From positions 33,232,001 to 33,296,000 of the forward strand of contig OZ024741.1 in NCBI GenBank assembly GCA_964016885.1: a DNA stretch of 64,000 nt. The letters run 5' to 3'. The notes under the pieces are model-generated. The model was not told where the DNA came from. It saw nothing but the letters and a program-made list of their open reading frames with translations, and did not search any database. The stretch is from Eledone cirrhosa. Taxonomy: Eukaryota. Of this stretch, positions 54,389 to 64,000 are shown piece by piece. A program made the translations under genes and the position numbers. Each line of letters opens with the position of its first letter. Positions within the stretch are counted from its first letter, which is position 1.

Positions 54389-54521
54389 ATATGATGGTTA
54401 CTTGCAATACAAGTGGACAACTGCCGGACGAATAAGCAACAGTGGTAAACTACTAGGTGAGATGGAGCAATGTGTGACACCTGTAGCTGCCAAGAAAACT
54501 GTCACAACCCAAAGGATGTGA
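54389..54521 (+). CDS. Possible terminal exon of an unidentified host gene (YDGYLQYKWTTAGRISNSGKLLGEMEQCVTPVAAKKTVTTQRM*)
   Basis: Acceptor TTATTTTAATCATTTCAG|; apparently unique balanced-composition sequence; phase-compatible with 13868-13953; no recognised homology. Confidence 0.25.
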
Positions 54522-54914
54522 TTACGACGAGGCGAGTAAAGGCCGCCTCTAAAAAGAGCCAAGTGTTCGTGGGTTTGACAAAGTACCAGATTGGTGACTG
54601 GCGCGAATAAGACCTCTGAGACTGACACGTATCCTACCATCCTTCATGTGGGTTAACAAGGAACGCATTCAGATGTTAGGTAGAAGGGCCTGCTCGAAAA
54701 ATATATTGCAGTCTCCATTTTTTCCCACTTATCTATATTTTTCTTCTCATCTATTTCCTCTACTTTTCCGCCTTTGTTTATCTACCCCCCCCACACACAC
54801 ACACACACCTCATCCTCCCCCTCCTTGCATTTCTTCTTCCTCTTCTTTTTCTACTTTTCCCCCTCCTTTCTCCTATCGTTTTCTTCCTTTTCTTTTTCTC
54901 CATTGATTCACAAA

Positions 54915-54942
54915 CAGCAACTACTACAACTTCTAATACTGT

Positions 54943-54976
<34 letters not shown>

Positions 54977-54990
54977 GCTACTAATACTGT

Positions 54991-55033
<43 letters not shown>

Positions 55034-55047
55034 GCTACTAATACTGT

Positions 55048-55082
<35 letters not shown>

Positions 55083-55509
55083 GTACTACGCTGCTGCTGC
55101 TGATACTACCACTGCTACTACAACTTCTATTACCATCATTACTACTACTACTACTACTACTACAACTTCTACTACTGTCACTACTACTACTACTACTACT
55201 ACTACTACGCTGCTGCTGCTGCTGCTGCTGCTGCTGATTCTACTACTAAAACTACAACTTCCATTACTATCATTACTGCTGCTACTACTACTACTACTAC
55301 GATGCTGCTGCTGATACTACCACTACTGCTACAACTTCTACTACTGTCATTACGACTACTACACCTACTACTACTGTCACTGCTAATACTGTCACTACTA
55401 CTACTACTACTACTACTACTATTACTAGTGCTGGTGTTACTGCTGCTAGTGCTGCTGCTGCTGGTGCTACTACTACTACAACTACAATTACTACTACTGC
55501 TACTACTGT

Positions 55510-55547
<38 letters not shown>

Positions 55548-55790
55548 TTATTCTGCTACCATTACTACACTGGAACTAGGTATACTACAGCTAGTGCAGT
55601 TACTACTACTTTTACAACTGATACTGCTATAATCACTACTACTACTTCTACTACACAACTGCAACTACTAACACTACTACTACTACAACCACTACTAGTA
55701 TTTGTAGTAGTAGCAGCAGCAGTAGTAGTAGTAGTAGTATTAGTAGTAGTAGTAGTAATGTTACTAGGTATTACCACTTCCACTACTGTG
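54915..55790. repeat. (CTA)n/(CTG)n degenerate trinucleotide tract
   Basis: Visible in sequence. Confidence 0.92.
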
Positions 55791-55997
55791 ATAACATCTA
55801 TCGTGTGTATGCGTATGTGGTGTGTGTGCGTGCGTATGTGTATCTGTGTGTGTGTGTCGTCGATGGTGGTGAAGGAGGCGTCGTAAGAACTGGTTTGTCA
55901 CACCGTTTGTGTAATTTTTCCATATTACTTGAAGTTGTGTATACACATATACACACACATACAGGTGCGCGCGCACTTACATGCACACACACATATA

Positions 55998-56047
<50 letters not shown>

Positions 56048-56163
56048 GTGTGTGATGATGACCCTGTGTAACAAGACTCACTACTTAACCTTAATAAAAT
56101 TAATATTAAAACTCTACTTCGTTGTTGAGTACTCTATTGTCTCAACAATCAACCACGTACGGG

Positions 56164-56197
<34 letters not shown>

Positions 56198-56198
56198 T

Positions 56199-56403
56199 AT
56201 AGGAAAAAGTAGGACCCCGACGGCAGACCTCAAGCTGTTTCGACGGCTATTTCTGGAGTGGAGTCCAGAAATAGCCGTGTCGAAACGGCTTGAGCTCTGC
56301 CGTCGGGGTCATACTTTTTCCTATTTCCCACTCTACTACCCTAAGTATTGAGTACTCTGGTGCGTTATGGTCCATCTGGTTCCTTACCACAATTCCTTTG
56401 TTA
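56199..56403 (+). mobile_element. Family H element with fold-back (~60-bp arms)
   Basis: Arms 56199-56257 and 56264-56324. Confidence 0.8.
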
Positions 56404-56508
56404 CATATATATATATATATATTTATGTATGTATGTATATACCTTATATAAAAGTATATCTATTTTCTTTGATTTATAAAACAAAAGTAATTTTACATAT
56501 AAACACAC

Positions 56509-56586
<78 letters not shown>

Positions 56587-57162
56587 TTATTTATTTATAT
56601 TCACACACGCACATCACATACCGAGACAGGAGGACATGGAAAGAGCGAAAACTAGAGAGTGAACTTGGGCTAACAATATATACACGCATGTAGACGCATT
56701 TATTCATGTAAATAGTATCGCATATACATATACACATTTATATATATATGTATGTATATGTATATATATGAGTATGTGTGTATTTATAAATGTATGTATA
56801 TTCACACGCACGTATACATACATTGACACCTACTAACAGATAGACTGACCGACGTAGTGACATATTCACGTTATCAACACAACGCATTCATCTCTCAACT
56901 CCGAACCATCACATTTTCTATACCTGGTCTTTAATTTTTAAACACACCGGAAAAAAATAAACTCTTCCTAAATCCAGGTAAGACCACCTAATTTTTCTGT
57001 GTATGTGTGTATAAACTCCAGAGTAACTCGCTATTTAGCCTTAATAAAATGAATGTACAAATATATATATATTATATATAAACTAATATATTTCTTTCAT
57101 GTACTGTGCCGTTTGATTTGTTATTTCTGTTTACCTTTTACGTACATCCATTCATACATATA

Positions 57163-57206
<44 letters not shown>

Positions 57207-57233
57207 GAAAGTCTATGGCTCCGTTAATGTATC

Positions 57234-57285
<52 letters not shown>

Positions 57286-57295
57286 CTCGTTCTAT

Positions 57296-57329
<34 letters not shown>

Positions 57330-57664
57330 ATAGAACGAGTTTCGAACTAGTTAGACTATTACTCAACAGAGTACTCGATACTTGGGGAAATAGAGTAAGG
57401 ATATATTATAAAGATTCGGGGCCCAACGGCTGAGCTATTGCCGATTCAACAGCTAGTTCCAGTCTGAATATGCGTGTATATATATATCAACAGTCGATTG
57501 ACTTTAGTCAAATCGGTCCGAGGAAACCGCGTTTCCGTTGTTCTTTCCAGTTGCTAATACTTTCTATTGGTCGCTACTCCAGGTAGAAGGAGCAACGGGA
57601 AATAAAGTGTCTTGCTGAAGGACATAACGCATCGCCTGGTCCAGGAACCGTGTGTGTGTGTGTG

Positions 57665-57710
<46 letters not shown>

Positions 57711-57763
57711 TATATTATATATATATATATACATATATATATAATATATGTGTGTGTGTGTAT

Positions 57764-57812
<49 letters not shown>

Positions 57813-57937
57813 ACACCTGTATATATATATATACGTACACGCACACACACACACACACACGCATATATATATATATATATATACACACACACCTGTACGC
57901 ATATATATATATATATATATACACACACACCTGTATG

Positions 57938-57981
<44 letters not shown>

Positions 57982-58009
57982 TGGTTACACAACACTTAGT
58001 TCACCATAC

Positions 58010-58047
58010 CGAGAACAATTGTTTCACCTTAGCGGATCCTCAGCTCG
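58010..58047 (-). ncRNA. Minimal type I hammerhead of family G
   Basis: Minus strand CGAG-CTGAGGA-TCC GCTAA GGT-GAA-ACAATTGT-T-CTCG. Confidence 0.65.
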
Positions 58048-58136
58048 TAATGTAACCACTTTTACCTAACTCGTCCCATGGACTGAGTGCTCTACCACTA
58101 CGGATATTAACTTCCAGTGTTCTACCACTATATATA

Positions 58137-58177
<41 letters not shown>

Positions 58178-58179
<2 letters not shown>

Positions 58180-58367
58180 CGAACGAAATGTGGTAAGGAA
58201 CCGGATGGACCATAACGCACCAAAGTACTCAATACTTAGGGTAGTAGCGTGGGTAATAGGAACAAGTATGACCCCGACGGCAGAGCTCAAGCCGTTTCGA
58301 CGGCTAATTCTGAACTGAATTAGCCGTCGAAACGGCTTGAGCTCTGCCGTCGGGGTCATACTTGTTC

Positions 58368-58371
<4 letters not shown>
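58178..58371 (-). mobile_element. Family H element with perfect 55-bp fold-back
   Basis: Arms 58256-58310 and 58317-58371, loop TGAACT. Confidence 0.85.
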
Positions 58372-58398
<27 letters not shown>

Positions 58399-58609
58399 AA
58401 TAAAGATTCAGCGAGTATCGCATTTTCGGCGGGCAGGAAAAGCGAAGCGAAACGCCAAAATATATACACACACCTTTATGTATTATGTGTTAACTGTAAT
58501 GTTTATTGTTGCTGATGTTGTTGTTGGTATTTTGCCGCAAGTGAAACCTGATCCATTAGAACTATGACCACAGGTGTTGTAATCGTTACCGTTGCCTGTA
58601 TTTGTGAGT

Positions 58610-60905
58610 TATTGTTGCTGGTGTTGTTGGTGGTGGTGTTGTTGTTGTTGGTGGTGTTGTTGTTGTTGGTGTTGTTGTTGTTGGTATTGTTGTTGGTGGT
58701 GGTGGTGGTGTTGTTGGTGGTGGTGGTGGTGGTGTTGGTGGTGTTGTTGTTGTTGTTGTTGGTGGTGTTGCTGTTGTTGTTGGTGGTGGTGGTGTTGCTG
58801 TTGTTGTTGGTGGTGGTGTTGTTGTTGTTGTTGGTGTTGGTGGTGTTGGTGGTGGTGGTTTTGTTGTTGGTTGTGTTGGTGGCTGTGTTGGTGGTGGTGG
58901 TGGTGGTGGTGTTGTTGTTGGTGGTGTTGGTGGTGTTGGTGGTGGTGGTTTTGTTGTTGGTTGTGTTGGTGTTGGTGGCTGTGTTGTTGGTGGTGGTGGT
59001 GGTGGTGGTGGTTGTTGGTGGTGGTGTTGGTGGTTTTGTTGTTGTTGGTTGTGGTGGTGTTGGTGTTGGTGGCTGTGGTGGTGTTGTTGTTGTTGGTGGT
59101 GGTGTTGTTGGTGGTTGTGGTGGTGTTGGTGGTGGTGTTGTTGTTGGTGGTGGTGTTGTTGTTGGTGGTGGTGGTGGTCTTATTGTTGATGGTGGTGGTG
59201 GTGGTGATGGTGTTGTTGGCGGTGGTGTTGTTGTTGTTGTTGTTGTTGTTGGTGGTGGTGTTGCTGGTGGTGGTGGTGGTGGTGGTAGTGGTGGTGGTGT
59301 TGTTGTTGTTGGTGATGGTGTTGTTGATGGTGGTGTTGTTGTTGTTGTTGTTGTTGGTGGTGGCGGTGGTGTTGCTGTTGTTGGTGGTGGCGGTGGTGTT
59401 GCTGTTGGTGGTGGTGGTATTGGTGGTGGTTTTGTTGTTGTTGGTGGTGGTGGTGGTGCTGTTGTTGTTGTTGTTGTTGGTGGTGGTGATGTTGTTGTTG
59501 GTGGTGGTGGGTGTGTAGTTGGTGGTGTTGTTCGTTGTGGTGGTGGTGTAGTTGGTGGCGTTGTTGATTGTGGTGGTGGTGTAGTTGGTGGTGGTGGTGG
59601 TGATGTTGTTGTTGTTGGTGGTGGGTGTGTAGTTGGTGGTGTTGTTGGTTGTGGTGGTGGTGTAGTTGGTGGTGTTGTTGGTTGTGGTGGTGGTGTAGTT
59701 GGTGGTGTTGTTGGTTGTGGTGGTGGTGTAGTTGGTGATGTTGTTGTTGGTGGTGGGTGTGTAGTTGGTGGTGTTGTTCGTTGTGGTGGTGGTGTAGTTG
59801 GTGGTGTTGTTGTTGGTGGTGGTGGTGTAGTTGGCGGTGTTGTTGGTTGTGGTGGTGGTGTAGTTGGTGATGTTGTTGTTGGTGGTGGGTGTGTAGTTGG
59901 TGGTGTTGTTGGTTGTGGTGGTGGTGTAGTTGGTGGTGTTGTTGGTTGTGGTGGTGGTGTAGTTGGTGATGTTGTTGTTGTTGGTGGTGGGTGTGTAGTT
60001 GGTGGTGTTGTTCGTTGTGGTGGTGGTGTAGTTGGTGATGTTGTTGTTGGTGGTGGGTGTGTAGTTGGTGGTGTTGTTGGTTGTGGTGGTGGTGTAGTTG
60101 GTGATGTTGTTGTTGGTGGTGGGTGTGTAGTTGGTGGTGTTGTTGGTTGTGGTGGTGGTGTAGTTGGTGATGTTGTTGTTGGTGGTGGTGGTGTAGTTGG
60201 TGGTGTTGTTGGTTGTGGTGGTGGTGTAGTTGGTGATGTTGTTGTTGTTGGTGGTGGGTGTGTAGTTGGTGGTGTTGTTGGTTGTGGTGGTGGTGTAGTT
60301 GGTGGTGTTGTTGGTGGTGGTGGTGGTGGTGATGTTGTTGTTGTTGGTGGTGGGTGTGTAGTTGGTGGTGTTGTTGGTTGTGGTGGTGGTGTAGTTGGTG
60401 GTGGTGGTGATGTTGTTGTTGTTGGTGGTGGGTGTGTAGTTGGTGGTGTTGTTCGTTGTGGTGGTGGTGTAGTTGGTGGTGTTGTTCGTTGTGGTGGTGG
60501 TGTAGTTGGTGGTGTTGTTGATTGTGGTGGTGGTGTAGTTGGTGGTGGTGGTGGTGATGTTGTTGTTGTTGGTGGTGGGTGTGTAGTTGGTGGTGTTGTT
60601 CGTTGTGGTGGTGGTGTAGTTGGTGGTGTTGTTGTTGGTGGTGGGTGTGTAGTTGGTGGTGTTGTTCGTTGTGGTGGTGGTGTAGTTGGTGGTGTTGTTG
60701 TTGGTGGTGGTGGTGTAGTTGGTGGTGTTGTTGGTTGTGGTGGTGGTGTAGTTGGTGGTGTTGTTGTTGGTGGTGGTGGTGTAGTTGGTGGTGTTGTTGG
60801 TTGTGGTGGTGGTGTAGTTGGTGATGTTGTTGGTGGTGTAGTTGGTGGTGTTGTTGGTGGGTGTGTAGTTGGTGGTGGTGGTGTAGTTGGTGGTGTTGTT
60901 GTTGG
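58610..60905. repeat. (GGT/GTT)n-derived tract with ~30-33-bp higher-order units
   Basis: GGTGGTGGTGTAGTTGGTGGTGTTGTTGGTTGT units from ~59500. Confidence 0.93.
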
Positions 60906-61020
60906 CGTGGAGCGGGCGTTAGTGTCGGTATTTATGGTTGCGATGGAGGTAATGACCCCGGATGATAAACGATATTTTATTGATCCTGTAAACATATGAT
61001 GAAAGTTGCTCCAATCGTGA

Positions 61021-61053
<33 letters not shown>

Positions 61054-61169
61054 AGGATCTAGGGTGCATTATTCAGGAACACACAGTTTAGCATATCCTT
61101 CTGCTATATTGTAAAGGTTATCTAGCTGCTGTTTCTAGCAAACCAAGTGGTTGTGTCGTTATGATTCAG

Positions 61170-61225
61170 TTTTGTGTGTGTGTGCGTGTATCTGTGAGCG
61201 TGTGTATGTGTGTGTGTGTGTGCGT

Positions 61226-61265
<40 letters not shown>

Positions 61266-61309
61266 GTACGTGTTTGTGTGTATGTGTGTGTGTGCGTGTG
61301 TGTGTTTGT

Positions 61310-61346
<37 letters not shown>

Positions 61347-62380
61347 TGTGTTTATGTGTATGTGTTCGTGTGTATGTGTGTGTGTTGCTATTGCTGTAAT
61401 GTTGGCGTGTTAAATATAATCGGTTATCGATCTATGTCAACTTATCAATAGGGGTCTAGCAGGTTACTACAGCCTCCAATACTCGCTTAACAATGGGGCT
61501 TCGACCACATTTAAAGTCATCTTGTTGGACAACACAGCTCATATCAACACATGTTGTATTGTGTGTGTCTATGTATGTCTGTGTGTCTGTGTGTCTGTGT
61601 AGGTGTCTGTATATGTGTGTCTGTGTCAGTGTCTGTGTGTGTCTGTGTGGTAGTGTCTGTATGTGTGTGTCTGTGTGGTAGTGTCTGTATGTGTGTCTAT
61701 CTATGTGTGTGTCTATCTATGTGTGTATGTCTGTGTGTGTATATGTGTGTGTGTCTGTGTCTCTGTGTCAGTGTCTGTATGTGTGTGTATGTCTATGTGT
61801 GTGTTTGTGTCTGTGTCAGTGTATGTTTGTGTGTGTATGTCTATGTATGTCTATGTGTGTGTGTGCGTGTGTCTGTGTCAGTGTCTGTAAGTGTGTGTGT
61901 GTCTATGTATGTGTGTATGCGTAAATGTATGTCTGTGTGTGTGTACCTGTGTCTGTGTATGTCTGTGTATAAGTGTGTCTCTGTGTGTCTCTCTCGGTGT
62001 GTATGTGTCTGTGTGTGTGTGTGTGGCTATGTCTCTGGGTGTGTGTGTGTACGTGTGTATGTGTCTGTGTGTGTGTGTATGTATGTGCGTGTCTGCCTTT
62101 GTATGTATGTGTATGTGTGTGTGTGTGTGTGTTTATGTATGTGCGTGTCTGCCTGTGTATGTGCGTGTGTGTGTGTATGTGTGTCTGTATGTGTCTGTAT
62201 GAGTGTGTATGTGTATGAATGTGTGTGTGTATGTGTGTGTGTATGTGTGTATGTGTATCTGTATGTGTGTGTGTCTGTATGTGTGTATGTATGTGTGTGT
62301 ATGTGTGTATGTATGTGTGTCTGTATGTGTGTGTGTGTATGTATGTATGTGTGTATGTGTGTATGTGTGTGTCTGTGTGT
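61170..62380. repeat. Degenerate (GT)n tracts
   Basis: Visible in sequence. Confidence 0.9.
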
Positions 62381-62534
62381 AAGGAAATATATATAAGCTA
62401 ACCACTGTTTACACTTGATTTTTTTATCCTGTGTTCATCGCACGTAAAAATATATACTACAGAGCAACATATTCCATCAGCTATATTTCAAATACACAAT
62501 ATATATATATTGTATTTTGTATTTATATATACAT

Positions 62535-62769
62535 ATACATGAGTATGTACACGCACATACATATATGTATACAGACGTACAGTAGTATGTATATATATAT
62601 ATATACACATACATGCACACATATATATATATATGTACGTATGGATTCACCGAACATTTATTATAATGCTCGGTGTGTTTGTAAACAAACATCCCGTATT
62701 ACGGCTTAATACGGGATGTTTGTTTACAAACACACCGAGCATTATAATAAATGTTCGGTGAATCCATAC

Positions 62770-62809
<40 letters not shown>

Positions 62810-62876
62810 ATGTATGTATATATATATACATACTACTGTACGTCTGTATACATATATGTATGTGCGTGTACATACT

Positions 62877-62880
<4 letters not shown>
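62535..62880. repeat. Long palindrome (family X, head-to-head)
   Basis: Centre CCCGTATTA-CGGCT-TAATACGGG; ~165-bp arms homologous to 11370-11530. Confidence 0.85.
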
Positions 62881-62935
<55 letters not shown>

Positions 62936-62937
<2 letters not shown>

Positions 62938-63245
62938 TAGAATTGGAGCTCTGAAATAGCAATATATATATATGGATGTATATATAATGTATTTTGCAAT
63001 ACACTTTATGCTTAATTAAAAGCATTTTGAAGACCGTATGCTATTGTTTTAGAGTAGTGACAAATTCACTTACTTTAATCTCAGCAAACAGGGGAGATAA
63101 GCCGACAAGGTCTTGTTTCGCTTTTGTTGAAGCTTATCAAGGCTAACTACCCCTCCTGTCTACTGAGATTACTGATGTTATATTCTTATAGAATACTAGT
63201 AAATAATCAGGAGCTGATTATACAGAACGATTGCTGGTCAGGCAG

Positions 63246-63250
<5 letters not shown>
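62936..63250 (-). mobile_element. Retrozyme-like element copy 2 (circular permutation of 10795-11130)
   Basis: Same blocks in different order; flanked by (TA)n on both sides. Confidence 0.75.
63077..63170 (-). ncRNA. Complete type I hammerhead ribozyme, U3-A8 variant
   Basis: AATCTCAGTAGACAGG..AGCC-TTGATAA-GCTT CAACAA AAGC-GAA-ACAA GACC TTGT-C-GGCT..CCTGTTTGCTGAGATT; predicted cleavage between 63104 and 63103. Confidence 0.8.
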
Positions 63251-63276
<26 letters not shown>

Positions 63277-63362
63277 CGATATTAAACAAATGGAAACTAT
63301 ATTTATAAAACCATATTTATTTCGTTATATATATTTCTGGGATATCATATTAAAAATATGGT

Positions 63363-63562
63363 NNNNNNNNNNNNNNNNNNNNNNNNNNNNNNNNNNNNNN
63401 NNNNNNNNNNNNNNNNNNNNNNNNNNNNNNNNNNNNNNNNNNNNNNNNNNNNNNNNNNNNNNNNNNNNNNNNNNNNNNNNNNNNNNNNNNNNNNNNNNNN
63501 NNNNNNNNNNNNNNNNNNNNNNNNNNNNNNNNNNNNNNNNNNNNNNNNNNNNNNNNNNNNNN
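63363..63562. other. Assembly gap (200 N)
   Basis: N run. Confidence 1.
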
Positions 63563-63854
63563 ACATATAAACACACACACACACATACATATATATATAT
63601 TGTAATATGTCATGTCTAAAAAATGTTATTCGTCGCACCACTGATTCTCCGTTTCTTATGTGATATATGCGTATATATATATATCATATATATATATATA
63701 TATATATTACAATCGTTTCTCTGACGACCAGCTCGATCGAGGCACGATCGATAAAATTATCGAACCTGACTCTGAAATTGCAAGGTCCTCAGATACGTCT
63801 CGATTCTTCGAAGCAGAGTTACCGCATACGGACGCTTTAAGCATCCCACATCAA

Positions 63855-63923
<69 letters not shown>

Positions 63924-64000
63924 TTTATCCTGGATTCAATCGTGGGTAATCACAGTTAGTAAGGTACTCAATACTTGGTAATAAAATTAGATAACCCCTG

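Noticed and set aside
63290-63641. ORFs spanning X runs
   Set aside because: Artefacts of the 200-N gap.

Overview
AT-rich, microsatellite-laden eukaryotic DNA. The SINE and repeat content suggests a cephalopod (octopus-like) intron or intergenic region; this is inference. No host gene is confidently identifiable, apart from one weak two-exon candidate. Nearly all long ORFs in the track are repeat artefacts. Recognisable content: about 20 tRNA-derived SINE copies, a nearly full-length frameshifted Tx1/L1 ORF2 (36.8-40.4 kb, minus), fragments of RTE, CR1, CRE and two Penelope-like (GIY-YIG) retroelements, a non-autonomous Helitron, several MITEs, a 9-kb 44-bp satellite and a 200-N gap. The main discovery is a dense set of type I hammerhead ribozyme (HHR) motifs: about a dozen complete cores plus several half-copies, from roughly ten sequence-distinct small elements sitting in (TA)n tracts. 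They include (i) a ~310-nt retrozyme-like unit present as two circularly permuted copies with a U3-A8 variant core, (ii) fold-back copies whose apex repeatedly maps to ribozyme stem II, and (iii) an octamer/TATA-like promoter with conserved spacing shared by two different ribozyme elements. All structures were folded by eye and are untested.
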